Both the position numbers and the translations under genes were made by a program. From an uncultured bacterium (GTDB taxonomy: Bacteria > Electryoneota > Tariuqbacteria > Tariuqbacterales > Tariuqbacteraceae), in assembly GCA_964421875.1 (NCBI GenBank), contig CAYQZD010000005.1:253-64252 (forward strand): a stretch of 64,000 nucleotides of DNA. Reading direction: 5' to 3'. Below are positions 10,698 through 20,624 of this stretch, in pieces. The notes beneath the pieces were generated by a model, which saw only the letters and a program-made list of their open reading frames with translations, had not been told where the DNA came from and did no database searches. The stretch's first letter is position 1. Every line of letters starts with the position of its first letter.

Positions 10698-11180
10698 ATG
10701 ATTGTGATGGGTATCGACCCCGGCAGCGCGGTCACCGGGATGGGGGTGGTCGAAATCGAGGGTGAGACCAAGCGTCTGCTGGGATTCCGCGCTATCAGGA
10801 CTAACGCCCGCAAGTCTTTGCCAGAGCGGCTGGGGCAGATTTACCGGGCGGTTCAAGCGGATATCGCTGGATACAATCCCGATGTATGCGCGGTGGAGCA
10901 GGTTTTCGGGGGGAAGAACATCCGCTCGGCGCTGATTATCGGACAGGCGCGGGGAGCGGCGATGATGGCTGCCATCAACGCCGGGGTGGAAATCGCGGAA
11001 TACACTCCGGCGGAGGTGAAAATGTCGGTGGTGGGGAACGGCGCCGCTTCCAAGGAGCAGGTGCAGTATATGGTGAAGCATATTTTAAAGCTGGCTGAAG
11101 CGCCCCGCCCTTTCGACTGCGCTGACGCCATAGCGGTGGCGCTATGCCACGCGCATCGAAAGAAATTGAGTGGACATTAG
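10698..11180 (+). CDS. ruvC: Crossover junction endodeoxyribonuclease RuvC
   Basis: MGIDPGSAVTGMGVV…VEQVFGGKN…. Confidence 0.9.
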   Translation: MIVMGIDPGSAVTGMGVVEIEGETKRLLGFRAIRTNARKSLPERLGQIYRAVQADIAGYNPDVCAVEQVFGGKNIRSALIIGQARGAAMMAAINAGVEIAEYTPAEVKMSVVGNGAASKEQVQYMVKHILKLAEAPRPFDCADAIAVALCHAHRKKLSGH

Positions 11181-11210
11181 ACAGATTAATTATTCTCAGG
11201 AAATAGATAT

Positions 11211-11798
11211 TTGTACCACCACATCACCGGCAAAATCGCCGCCAAACACCCGGCGCACCTCATCGTCGAAAACGGCGGGTTCGGATACAGGATTAACATC
11301 CCCCTATCCACCCACAACAAGGTGGGGAAGGTGGGGGATACGGTGAAACTGCTGCTCACTCCCCACATTCGGGAGGACGACTGGGCTCTGTACGGTTTCG
11401 CCTCCGAGGAGGAGCGGGGGCTGTTCGAGCTTTTGCTGACCGTGTCGGGCGTGGGACCCAAATCAGCCTTGGCGGCGTTATCGGGGATGTCCGCGCAGCA
11501 GTTCCGCACTGCTATCGCGGCAAACGATGTGGACAAACTCACCCTCATCCCCGGCGTAGGGAAAAAGACCGCCCAGCGCATCGCTTTGGAACTCAAGGAC
11601 AAGGTCAAAGCATTGCCTGGGGATTTCGAAGCGGGCTTGCCGCTGGAGGCGGAGTATGGGGAAGCCGTGCTGGCGCTGGAAGCGTTGGGGTTCAGCCGGG
11701 TTCAGGCGGAGAAGGCGGTGGAGCGGGTGATGAAATCCGGCGGCGCCGACCAAGCGGAGGAGATTATCCGCCGGGCGCTGGGGGTGATGGGGGGGTAG
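11211..11798 (+). CDS. ruvA: Holliday junction branch-migration protein RuvA
   Basis: HhH motifs LLTVSGVGPKSALAAL and LIPGVGKKTAQRIALEL. Confidence 0.85.
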   Translation: MYHHITGKIAAKHPAHLIVENGGFGYRINIPLSTHNKVGKVGDTVKLLLTPHIREDDWALYGFASEEERGLFELLLTVSGVGPKSALAALSGMSAQQFRTAIAANDVDKLTLIPGVGKKTAQRIALELKDKVKALPGDFEAGLPLEAEYGEAVLALEALGFSRVQAEKAVERVMKSGGADQAEEIIRRALGVMGG

Positions 11799-11869
11799 TG
11801 ATTTTCGACATTGCGGAGAGTGTGTGGGAGGAGTATATTATAGTTTATCCAAATTGGTCCAAACGACTG

Positions 11870-12898
11870 TTATAGTGAGTTGACGAACAGGATTGATTTG
11901 TTGAGTTCCAATAGCAAAATGAACCTTATTCCTGAAGGAGTGATGTAGAAGTTTCTACCTATTCTTGCCAAGAGTCCTAAATCTATTGAATAGTTCGAAT
12001 ACATCTTGAAGGCGTCGCCAGAAGCTTTTAGAGCCCATTCGTGATGCTTGCCGGATAAATATAGGAAAAATTTTCTGCATTCTTCAAATGGTACTGGATA
12101 GAAGTTCTTAGATAGTGCGAAAACAGATTCTACCGTTGTGTAAATTCCATAAGTGGCTGAACTAAAAAAAGGATTTTGCTTGATAAAATTGCTTAAAACA
12201 ATGCTTTGTTCATCGCTGACATAGTTTGTCGGTTTATTTAAGTCTCTTTTTTTAACGAATTCCTTTCCCAATTCGTTTAATTTAGGGGATTTACTATTAT
12301 CAATTAGTCCAAATTCTTCAGATAATTTTAGGTAACTATTTATAGTGCTGGGAGCTAAAGAAAAAGAAGATGAAATATCTGAAATTGAAATATCATCGTT
12401 TAGTGCATAAAGTATGCGATTAATCAAGTATAGATTCCAAACACCATGATTCTTAGGTTTTAGTTCCACAAGATTGGAAATAGCTTTAACACGAAAATAG
12501 AATTCCTTCAATAATTCGTAAGGTGAGTACTCCACTGGTCTTATGTCATTATCTGAACAGTAAAGGATGTCTTGTTTTGTGAATTTTGGACACGCTAAAT
12601 ATAGATTTATCGGCAATCTTGGCATTTCTTGCCGATCTTGAAGGACAAGCAAATCATCCTTATATCGGAGTAATTGAAGACAGAACTCCTGTCTGCTCTG
12701 TTCAACTTTAAGCTCGAGGAGATGCAGGCGATTTCTTCCCAGAAATAGTAAATCGAGGATACCTCCAGAAGGTAAATGCTTCTGCCGACCAACTAGAGAT
12801 AAATCTCCCTCGAAAGAAAGCACCGTTTTTGTAATGTCAATATGGGTAGAAAGGATGTCTTCTATTTGTGATTCTCTAATTTCAATGATTTTATTCAT
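11870..12898 (-). CDS. Hypothetical PD-(D/E)xK nuclease-like protein (Hjc-like D-x13-E-x-K core) with C-terminal winged-helix-like region; in an AT-rich inserted cassette
   Basis: 342 aa at about 33% GC. N-terminal …IEDILS…GGILDLLFLGRNRLHLLELKV has the spacing and pattern of the archaeal Hjc active site VDLVAGNGKKYLCIEVK. The C-terminal segment LAPSTINSYLKLSEEFGLI resembles a wHTH recognition helix. Overlaps the upstream small gene by 8 nt. Confidence 0.5.
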   Translation of the reverse strand: MNKIIEIRESQIEDILSTHIDITKTVLSFEGDLSLVGRQKHLPSGGILDLLFLGRNRLHLLELKVEQSRQEFCLQLLRYKDDLLVLQDRQEMPRLPINLYLACPKFTKQDILYCSDNDIRPVEYSPYELLKEFYFRVKAISNLVELKPKNHGVWNLYLINRILYALNDDISISDISSSFSLAPSTINSYLKLSEEFGLIDNSKSPKLNELGKEFVKKRDLNKPTNYVSDEQSIVLSNFIKQNPFFSSATYGIYTTVESVFALSKNFYPVPFEECRKFFLYLSGKHHEWALKASGDAFKMYSNYSIDLGLLARIGRNFYITPSGIRFILLLELNKSILFVNSL

Positions 12899-13139
12899 CT
12901 TTCCCTAAAACCTCATAAATATAATAATCGCACTCGGCGCAGATAAAATCGCCTTCGGGGAATGGTTTTCCCATATCGATTCTTGTTTGAACATCATTGC
13001 AGTCTGGAACACGATTAACATAAAAGCCGCTTCCCCATTTTACAGAGCGGCCACATTCATTGCAATTTTCGACAATTTTTTCCATAGCAGGATATCCCTT
13101 TTCGTATTGCATTACTATTAATTTAGACAATTTAGACAA
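12891..13139 (-). CDS. Small Cys4 zinc-ribbon protein (73-82 aa), co-transcribed with the nuclease-like gene
   Basis: CNEC…(17)…C…(19)…CAEC. TTG start at 13139, or ATG at 13112. AT-rich. Confidence 0.45.
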   Translation of the reverse strand: MSKLSKLIVMQYEKGYPAMEKIVENCNECGRSVKWGSGFYVNRVPDCNDVQTRIDMGKPFPEGDFICAECDYYIYEVLGKDE

Positions 13140-13166
13140 TTATTCAAATAAATATACGGCTATTTT

Positions 13167-14192
13167 TTGCCCCCCAACCCCCTAACCAACCCCGCCCTCA
13201 TCGAGGGCGAAGCGGAATTCGACCGGGCTTTACGGCCGGCGCGGCTGGAAGAGTTCGTGGGTCAAGTCCGCTTGAAGGAGAACCTCCGGGTCTTCATCAC
13301 CGCCGCCAAACAGCGCGGTGAAGCGCTGGACCACTGCCTCTTCTTCGGGCCGCCGGGGCTGGGGAAAACCACCTTGGCGCACATCGTCGCCCGCGAGCTG
13401 GGGTCGGAGCTGAAATCCACTTCAGGCCCGGTGCTGGAGCGCGCCGGAGATTTGGCGGGGCAACTCACCAACCTCAAGGAGGGGGACTGCCTCTTCATCG
13501 ATGAAATCCACCGCCTGAACCATGTGGTGGAGGAGTATCTGTATTCGGCGATGGAGGACTTCCGCATCGATATAATGATTGACAAGGGTCCTTCGGCGCG
13601 CACCATACAGCTTAAACTGCCCCCTTTCACCTTAATCGGCGCCACCACCCGGGCGGGATTGTTGACCTCGCCGCTGCGGGCGCGGTTCGGGGTGGTGGGA
13701 AGGCTGGACTATTACCAGCCGGAGGATTTGTTCAGCATCATCAACCGCAGCGCCGGTATTTTAGGGGTGGAGGTGGACGAGGGGGGCGCGCTGGAAATCG
13801 CCTCCCGTTCCCGCGGTACTCCCAGAGTCGGCAACCGCCTATTGCGCCGGGTGCGGGATTTCGCCCAGGTGGAGGGGGACGGGATGATAACGCGGGATAT
13901 CGCCCAGCACGCCCTGGAAAGGTTGGAAATCGACCGTTTCGGCCTGGACGATATGGACAAGCGTATCCTGACTGCCATCATCCGCAACTTCAGCGGCGGG
14001 CCCGTGGGATTGAACTCGCTGGCGGTGGCGGTGGGGGAAGAAGCTGACACCATCGAGGAAATCTACGAACCCTTCTTGATTCAGCAAGGCTTTCTGGAGC
14101 GGACTTCCCGCGGCCGTCAAGCCTGCCGCCGGGCGTATGAGCATATGAACCTGAACCGGGATGAGAACGATGAACAGCCGGGGTTGTTTTGA
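13167..14192 (+). CDS. ruvB: Holliday junction ATP-dependent DNA helicase RuvB
   Basis: Walker [20 protein letters not shown], sensor motifs. Apparent TTG start immediately after the inserted cassette. Confidence 0.9.
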   Translation: MPPNPLTNPALIEGEAEFDRALRPARLEEFVGQVRLKENLRVFITAAKQRGEALDHCLFFGPPGLGKTTLAHIVARELGSELKSTSGPVLERAGDLAGQLTNLKEGDCLFIDEIHRLNHVVEEYLYSAMEDFRIDIMIDKGPSARTIQLKLPPFTLIGATTRAGLLTSPLRARFGVVGRLDYYQPEDLFSIINRSAGILGVEVDEGGALEIASRSRGTPRVGNRLLRRVRDFAQVEGDGMITRDIAQHALERLEIDRFGLDDMDKRILTAIIRNFSGGPVGLNSLAVAVGEEADTIEEIYEPFLIQQGFLERTSRGRQACRRAYEHMNLNRDENDEQPGLF

Positions 14193-14356
14193 ATAACAAG
14201 CTGAAATGGTGTTTCTTATTACCTGAAACATATACGTGCTGTCGACTCTCCGCTGTCAACATCATATTTAATAAAAATAATTGTTTGGTGTCGGGTGCGG
14301 AGACCTGACACCACATTAAGCGCTTAAGAATTGGAAAATAACAAACGGAGCGTTGA

Positions 14357-15385
14357 ATGCGTTTATCCGACTTCAAATACAATATCCCGCAGCGGCTGGT
14401 AGCCCAGCATCCGCCGGACAAACGGGGAGAATCGCGGTTGATGGTGGTGCACAGGGATACGGGAAAAATCGAGCATAGGATGTTCTCCGATATCGTTGAC
14501 TATCTGAATCCCGGAGACGGGGTCATCATCAACGTCACCAGAGTTTTCCCCGCCCGTCTTAAAGGATACAAGGAGAAAACCGACGCCGATATTGAAGTGC
14601 TGCTGCTGCGGGAACTAAACGATTCGTTGTGGGAAGTCCTGGTCAAACCAGCCCGCAAGGTTCGCACCGGAAACACCATCACAGTGGCAGACGACATCGT
14701 CTGTGAAGTTGTGGATAACACCACCTCCGGAGGCCGCGTGGTGCGTTTCCTCTACGATGGCGATTTCCACCAAGTGGTGATGGAACACGGACTTCCACCA
14801 CTGCCCCCTTATATCAAGCGGGAACCCACTACCGATGACCGGGAACGGTATCAGACGGTTTACGCTCAGGTCACAGGTGCGGTAGCGGCTCCCACCGCCG
14901 GGCTGCACTTCACCGAAGAATTGATTACTGCCCTGGATAATAAAGGCGTTAAGATTATTCCCGTCCTGCTGCACATCAGCCTGGGGACTTTCCGCCCGGT
15001 GACTGTAGAGGATTTGACCCGGCATCGGATGGATTCGGAGTATTACGAGGTGACTAAAGAGTCCTCGCACGCTATCAACGAGGTCATCAAAGGCGGCGGA
15101 AAAATCATTGCGATTGGGACTACTGTAGTGCGAACCCTGGAGACTGTAGCCAACTTTATGGGCGGGGTGAAACTGGGGCGGGGCTGGACCGATAAATTCA
15201 TCTATCCCCCCTACAAATTCAAGGTGGTGGACCGTCTGGTCACCAATTTTCATCAACCCTGCTCCACTTTGTTGATGCTGGTCAGCGCCTTCGCCGGGCG
15301 GGATCTGGTGTTGAAAAGCTACAGAAAGGCTATCAAGGAGAATTACCGCTTCTTCTCCTATGGCGACGCACAGGTTTTCTTGTAA
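14357..15385 (+). CDS. queA: S-adenosylmethionine:tRNA ribosyltransferase-isomerase
   Basis: MRLSDFKYNIPQRLVAQHPPDKRGESRLMVV…. Confidence 0.9.
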   Translation: MRLSDFKYNIPQRLVAQHPPDKRGESRLMVVHRDTGKIEHRMFSDIVDYLNPGDGVIINVTRVFPARLKGYKEKTDADIEVLLLRELNDSLWEVLVKPARKVRTGNTITVADDIVCEVVDNTTSGGRVVRFLYDGDFHQVVMEHGLPPLPPYIKREPTTDDRERYQTVYAQVTGAVAAPTAGLHFTEELITALDNKGVKIIPVLLHISLGTFRPVTVEDLTRHRMDSEYYEVTKESSHAINEVIKGGGKIIAIGTTVVRTLETVANFMGGVKLGRGWTDKFIYPPYKFKVVDRLVTNFHQPCSTLLMLVSAFAGRDLVLKSYRKAIKENYRFFSYGDAQVFL

Positions 15386-15538
15386 AACCTTGATTAAATT
15401 TGACTTATTCTGTATTTATTCTTTAAGTATTGAAGTCAGCAAGTCAATCAGTCTAAATAATTGAACATCTTGGTGGGATTCGACTCTTGAATCCCCCGCG
15501 CTGAGTTTTGGTATAATTGAAATTAAAACTATCTGAAA

Positions 15539-16255
15539 TTGGGCGAATTCGATTATAAATCGATGTCTGCGGTCATCGCCGCAGGCGGCTTCGGTGAACG
15601 TTTCGGCGGAGAAGTTCCCAAACAGTTCGCCGAATTGGAGGGGGAGCCGGTGGTCATCCGTTCCCTCAAACCCTTCATTTTGCACCCGGATTGTTCGGGA
15701 ATAGCGGTGGCTGTCCCCGGCGGCTGGGTGGACTGGATGAAACGGGAGATTAGAAACCAGGGCTGGAGAGACCGGGTTAAGGTAGTGAAGGGGGGGGAGT
15801 ACCGGGGCGATTCGGTCTATGCCGGTCTAAGGGCTTTGAAGGAAACCGATGTGGTGATGATACACGATGCGGCACGGCCTTTTATCCCCCTGGAATTGAT
15901 TACTACCGCCGCTCGCAAAGCCTGGGAATACGGCGGAGCAGCGGCGGCGATTCCGGTCTCCGACACTCTCAAAAGGGAGAAGGACGGCATCGTCAACGGA
16001 ACCATTACTCGCGCAGGTCTCTGGCGGGTGCAGACTCCCCAGGCTTTTCGCTATAAGATAATTATGAAAGCCTATAAAATCGCCCGTAAATTGGGATTCC
16101 AGGGCACGGATGACGCAGTGCTTCTGGAACGTTTCACCGGGATAAAGGTCAAACTGGTGCCCGGCTCGGACCTGAATATTAAAATCACCACCCCCGACGA
16201 CCTCTACCTCGCGCGCGCCGTGGTCAGAATACTATCGGAAAAAATAATTGACTGA
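15539..16255 (+). CDS. ispD: 2-C-methyl-D-erythritol 4-phosphate cytidylyltransferase
   Basis: AVIAAGGFGERFG…. Confidence 0.85.
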   Translation: MGEFDYKSMSAVIAAGGFGERFGGEVPKQFAELEGEPVVIRSLKPFILHPDCSGIAVAVPGGWVDWMKREIRNQGWRDRVKVVKGGEYRGDSVYAGLRALKETDVVMIHDAARPFIPLELITTAARKAWEYGGAAAAIPVSDTLKREKDGIVNGTITRAGLWRVQTPQAFRYKIIMKAYKIARKLGFQGTDDAVLLERFTGIKVKLVPGSDLNIKITTPDDLYLARAVVRILSEKIID

Positions 16256-16335
16256 TACTGAATACTCGGTATTATTATCTGTCTGATGTCGAATACAGAT
16301 TCGAGATGAATAATTAACCATCAAATGAGGTTACA

Positions 16336-16737
16336 GTGAAGAATAATAAATATCTTTTGTGTTCCATCACCCTCATTCTAACGCTATTCCTTATCCTGTT
16401 TTCCGCCTGTTCCAAGAAAGAAACGCCGGAACCGGCGGCGCAGGCTGAGGAAAAATCCAAAGTCGAGATAGAATTTCCTCAGGGGATACTGCTTTCAGAG
16501 CTTGAACCGGAAGAATTGGCGATGAAGTATCGGCTTTCGGCGATTTCCTACGGGAGCGCCTCGGCTTTCCTGGAAGTTGAAGACGGCGACACCTCCGGTA
16601 TGGCGGCGCTGGGAGTTAAAGTGCGGACCTTTCTGGGTGATGAAGGCACTGTGATAGCAGCCCGCTTCCCCATCGATTCTCTGCCCCGGATTCTGGAGCT
16701 TCCCAACGTGAGTCTTTTTATGCCGGATTTGGAATAA
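16336..16737 (+). CDS. Hypothetical lipoprotein (signal peptide + lipobox LFSAC)
   Basis: MKNNKYLLCSITLILTLFLILFSACSKKE. Confidence 0.5.
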   Translation: MKNNKYLLCSITLILTLFLILFSACSKKETPEPAAQAEEKSKVEIEFPQGILLSELEPEELAMKYRLSAISYGSASAFLEVEDGDTSGMAALGVKVRTFLGDEGTVIAARFPIDSLPRILELPNVSLFMPDLE

Positions 16738-16793
16738 ATGGCGGATTCCTGGGATTAAGTTTATTCAGTAGTTGATACTTATGGCAATCCATT

Positions 16794-17276
16794 ATGGCTG
16801 AAGATTTCCGCATAGGCAGCGGTTTCGATGTGCACCCCTTGGTGTCGGGGAGGAGATTGATACTAGGGGGCGTGGATATCCCCTTTGAGAAGGGGCTGGC
16901 GGGCCACAGCGACGCGGACGTGCTTTGCCACGCAATCGGCGACGCCCTGCTGGGTGCGGCTTCATTGGGGGATATAGGCCTGCATTTTCCCCCTGATGAT
17001 GCGAAATGGAAGGACGCCGACAGCCTTAAAATGCTGTCCGATATCGAGCGAATGGTGTGGAAACGGTATTTCCGGGTGGTGAATGTGGACGCTACCTTGA
17101 TAATGGAACGGCCCAAAGTCGCCGGTTACCGCCAATCGATGCGGGAGAACATCGCGAAAGCGCTGCAGATAGGTTTGGAGAACGTTTCAGTTAAAGCTAC
17201 CACCACCGAAGGGTTGGGATTTACCGGCAGGGGTGAAGGTGTGGCGGCAATGGCGGTGGTTTTACTGCGGAGGTGA
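16794..17276 (+). CDS. ispF: 2-C-methyl-D-erythritol 2,4-cyclodiphosphate synthase
   Basis: [12 protein letters not shown]…[19 protein letters not shown]. Confidence 0.9.
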   Translation: MAEDFRIGSGFDVHPLVSGRRLILGGVDIPFEKGLAGHSDADVLCHAIGDALLGAASLGDIGLHFPPDDAKWKDADSLKMLSDIERMVWKRYFRVVNVDATLIMERPKVAGYRQSMRENIAKALQIGLENVSVKATTTEGLGFTGRGEGVAAMAVVLLRR

Positions 17277-17283
17277 ATAAGAA

Positions 17284-17904
17284 TTGATTGGCTGGATAGA
17301 GGGAGCAGACGCTCTCTGGATTTATGGGTTGGTATTCATCAGCACCTTTTTTGAGAGCGTTCTAACTCCGCTTCCGGGTGATACCGCAGTGGTTTTTGGA
17401 GCCTACCTTGGGGGGTTGGGGCAGCTTAGTTTTCTGATGATTTATCTCTCCGCCACTTTAGGCGGGACGCTGGGTTTTTTAGCGCAGTACCTGTTCGGCC
17501 TTTATATTTACACGCGCGGGATGCAGCGAGGCAGGATTCTAAAGATGAATATGAGAGCCGTTGAAAAGGTGGGAGTATATTTTCGACGCTGGGGATACTG
17601 GGTCATTTTATTCAACCGTTTTCTCTATGGAATACGTTTTTTCGTGGGAATATTCGCCGGACTGTCTAAAATGCCCTGGTATCTGGTTATATTTCTGGCT
17701 TTCCTCAGCGCGGCGCTATGGAACTTGATTCTGGTTTACTTAGGATTGACTCTTGGTGAAAACTGGGAGTTTTTCCGGGAGGTTATCTGGAAATACAACC
17801 GGTTTTTCCTCGCCGCTGTGTTACTGGTCATTGTCGTTTATCTTTTCTGGCGGTACTATTTGAAACGTATAATACGTGAAAAACAAAGGCGGGACAATCT
17901 TTGA
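17284..17904 (+). CDS. DedA/VTT-family membrane protein
   Basis: Polytopic membrane protein. ESVLTPLPGDTAVVFGAYLGG matches the DedA signature. Confidence 0.65.
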   Translation: MIGWIEGADALWIYGLVFISTFFESVLTPLPGDTAVVFGAYLGGLGQLSFLMIYLSATLGGTLGFLAQYLFGLYIYTRGMQRGRILKMNMRAVEKVGVYFRRWGYWVILFNRFLYGIRFFVGIFAGLSKMPWYLVIFLAFLSAALWNLILVYLGLTLGENWEFFREVIWKYNRFFLAAVLLVIVVYLFWRYYLKRIIREKQRRDNL

Positions 17905-17950
17905 TATTGAGACATACATTCGAGTATCTTAAAAAGTATTACAAAAAACT

Positions 17951-19414
17951 GTGAAAAATCCATCATCAAGCGAACATAAGGGCGAAACGCGGGTCCGCTT
18001 TGCCCCCTCCCCCACCGGATATCTCCATCTTGGCGGGCTGCGCACCGCACTCTTCAACTACCTGTATGCCAAAGCCTGCGGCGGCAAGTGCATCCTCCGC
18101 ATCGAAGACACCGACCAAAGCCGACTGGTGGAAGGGGCGGTGGAAAACCTGCTGGAAGCATTCCGCTGGCTGGGAATCGGTTTCGATGAGGGGCCGGGTC
18201 TCGGCGGCGGTTACGGGCCCTATACGCAATCGGAACGGTTGGTTATATATAGGGAGCACGCGGAAAGATTGTTGGAGGAGGGATCGGCTTATTACTGTTT
18301 CTGTTCCGCCGGCAGGCTTGAAAAACTGCGCCGCGAGCAGGCTTCGCGCGGTGAAACTCCGATGTACGACCGGCTCTGCCGGGATATTCCCTTGAATGAA
18401 GCGAAGACACGCGCGGAAAATGAACCGCACGTGGTGCGGCTGAAAATGCCGCTGGAAGGGAGTATCAGTTTCGAGGACGGCGTGAGGGGTGAGATTCGGT
18501 TCGAAGCGGCTGAAACGGACGACCAGGTGCTGCTGAAATCCGACGGCTATCCCACCTACCACCTGGCGAATGTGGTGGACGACCATTTGATGAGGATAAC
18601 GGATGTAATCCGCGGGGAGGAATGGCTTACTTCAACCCCGAAGCATATCCATCTTTATCAGGTTTTCGGATGGAGCCCGCCCCGGTTCCATCATCTGCCG
18701 CTGCTGCTGAATCCCGACCGTTCCAAGCTGTCCAAACGGCAGGGCGACGTGGCGGTGGAGGATTACCGCGCTAAGGGGTATCTGCCGGAAGCGCTGCTAA
18801 ATTACACTTCGCTGCTGGGGTGGAGACCCGATGGCGACCGAGAATTCTTCACCCTGGGGGAGCTTGAGCGGGAGTTTGAGTTGAACAGGGTGGGAAAGTC
18901 GGGAGCCGTCTTCGACCTGGAAAAACTGAATTGGCTGAACAAACGCCATCTGGCGGAGTTGAGCGATGAGGAGTTTTTCGAGTGCGCCGCCGGTTTCCTG
19001 CCGGAAAACATCGATATAGCTCCGGAGGTCAGGGATAGAGTCTTGACGGCGGTGCGGGAGCGCTCCACTACTTTTGTCGATGCCGCGCGTGAAATAGAGC
19101 CCTTCCAGGGCAGGCGGGAGCTTCCCTTAGAAGGCGAGGGCTGGGAGTGGCTGCGCACAGAGGATTCACGGGTATTGTTGACAGCGTTGCACGATTCCGT
19201 AGAGGGAAGCGGGGAATGGACCGATGAGGTTTTCAAGAATCTGCTTAAAACCGCCGGAAAAACTGCCGGTCTGAAGGGCAAAGCGCTCTGGATACCGGTC
19301 AGAGTGGCTTTGACCGGAAAACTTCACGGTCCCGACCTGGGATTGATGGCGGAAACGTTGGGACGGGAACGGTGCAGGGAATTTTTACGGGAAGCGCTGG
19401 ATAAAGCGGTATAG
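17951..19414 (+). CDS. gltX: Glutamate--tRNA ligase
   Basis: RFAPSPTGYLHLGG (HIGH), KLSKR (KMSKS). Confidence 0.9.
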   Translation: MKNPSSSEHKGETRVRFAPSPTGYLHLGGLRTALFNYLYAKACGGKCILRIEDTDQSRLVEGAVENLLEAFRWLGIGFDEGPGLGGGYGPYTQSERLVIYREHAERLLEEGSAYYCFCSAGRLEKLRREQASRGETPMYDRLCRDIPLNEAKTRAENEPHVVRLKMPLEGSISFEDGVRGEIRFEAAETDDQVLLKSDGYPTYHLANVVDDHLMRITDVIRGEEWLTSTPKHIHLYQVFGWSPPRFHHLPLLLNPDRSKLSKRQGDVAVEDYRAKGYLPEALLNYTSLLGWRPDGDREFFTLGELEREFELNRVGKSGAVFDLEKLNWLNKRHLAELSDEEFFECAAGFLPENIDIAPEVRDRVLTAVRERSTTFVDAAREIEPFQGRRELPLEGEGWEWLRTEDSRVLLTALHDSVEGSGEWTDEVFKNLLKTAGKTAGLKGKALWIPVRVALTGKLHGPDLGLMAETLGRERCREFLREALDKAV

Positions 19415-19473
19415 AGTAAGTGTATGTGTTCGGTCTGTGTAAAAGAGGGTAACTTTTGTTTCAAGGATAGTTT

Positions 19474-20493
19474 ATGCGGATACTGGTATTGATGGGGGGC
19501 AGCTCCCCGGAGAGGATGGTGTCACTGGCTTCGGGTGAGGCGGTGGCGGAGGGTCTCGACCGGAAGGATCATCAGGTTCTGAAGATGGACCCTTCCGCGC
19601 CCCAGAAGGTCTATACCATTATGGAGAAAGTGTTCGAGGGCCCCGTTGGAGAGGTTCCCATAGGTCAGAACGCTCCCCTTTCAGGGGATAATATTGCTGA
19701 GATATTGCGTAGCTTGAAAAAATACTCCGTGGATTTGATTTTCCCTATGCTGCACGGAGGCTGGGGAGAAGATGGACGTTTGCAGGCGGTCTTTGAATTA
19801 TCGGGAATACCCTTCGTCGGCTCCGGCTCCACCGCTTCAGCCCTGGCGATGAATAAACACCTCGCTAAGCGGGTGATTTCCACTGAGGGTATTAATACGC
19901 CGGAGTTTTTCTTCCTTCACAACAACGTGCTCGACCGGGCTCCGGAGATGTGCGAAGAATTCGGTTATCCCCTGGTGATAAAGCCCAATCACGGCGGTTC
20001 CACCGTGGGACTCACCATCGCCCGCAACCGGCGGCCGCTGGAAATGGGGATTCGTCAGGTTCGGGAGATGGAGGATGATTTGCTGGTGGAGCGCTATATC
20101 CCGGGCCGGGAACTCACCGTGGGGATATTCGACGGACAGGGGATGTCGGTGGTTGAGATGATTCCCAAGGACGGATTTTACGATTACAAGCATAAGTACA
20201 CCGAGGGCCAGACGGATTATATTTGCCCTGCTGATATTGGAGCAAAATTGACTCAGGAGTGTCTGGAAACCGGCTCCCTCGCCTTCAGGCTGCTGGGGTG
20301 TGAAGTTTTCGGCAGGGTCGATTTCCGTTTGGATGAGCAGGGGAAGCTGTATTTCTTGGAAGTCAACACCATTCCTGGGATGACCATGCAAAGCCTGGTC
20401 CCCAAATCCGCTCAGGCAGTGGGGATGGATTTCCCCGAACTGGTGAACCGGATAGTGGTGGCAAGTGTCAACCTGAGTAGGGAATTCTCCTGA
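19474..20493 (+). CDS. ddl: D-alanine--D-alanine ligase
   Basis: ATP-grasp. HGGWGEDGRLQAVFE, KPNHGGSTVG, FLEVNTIPGMT. Confidence 0.9.
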   Translation: MRILVLMGGSSPERMVSLASGEAVAEGLDRKDHQVLKMDPSAPQKVYTIMEKVFEGPVGEVPIGQNAPLSGDNIAEILRSLKKYSVDLIFPMLHGGWGEDGRLQAVFELSGIPFVGSGSTASALAMNKHLAKRVISTEGINTPEFFFLHNNVLDRAPEMCEEFGYPLVIKPNHGGSTVGLTIARNRRPLEMGIRQVREMEDDLLVERYIPGRELTVGIFDGQGMSVVEMIPKDGFYDYKHKYTEGQTDYICPADIGAKLTQECLETGSLAFRLLGCEVFGRVDFRLDEQGKLYFLEVNTIPGMTMQSLVPKSAQAVGMDFPELVNRIVVASVNLSREFS

Positions 20494-20624
20494 GAAGATA
20501 GATAGTATGGATGTCGAATACCCGGTTATCAAGTTGATAATATGGACAATTTTTTGTATATTATTAGTTTAAATTTCTCTGCGACCTATCGCTGTCTACA
20601 GCCTGACTTACAAAGCCTTGCTGA

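Noticed and set aside
14615-15256. 213-aa minus-strand ORF (and similar long antisense ORFs 17966..18586, 19837..20532, 31942..32619, 33173..33727, 36206..36916, 48045..48701, 53611..54255, 63009..63722)
   Set aside because: Each is fully embedded antisense in a well-supported conserved gene (queA, gltX, ddl, GWxTD, ldcA, mreB, capA, ileS, kdsA). These are typical high-GC shadow ORFs without recognisable motifs.
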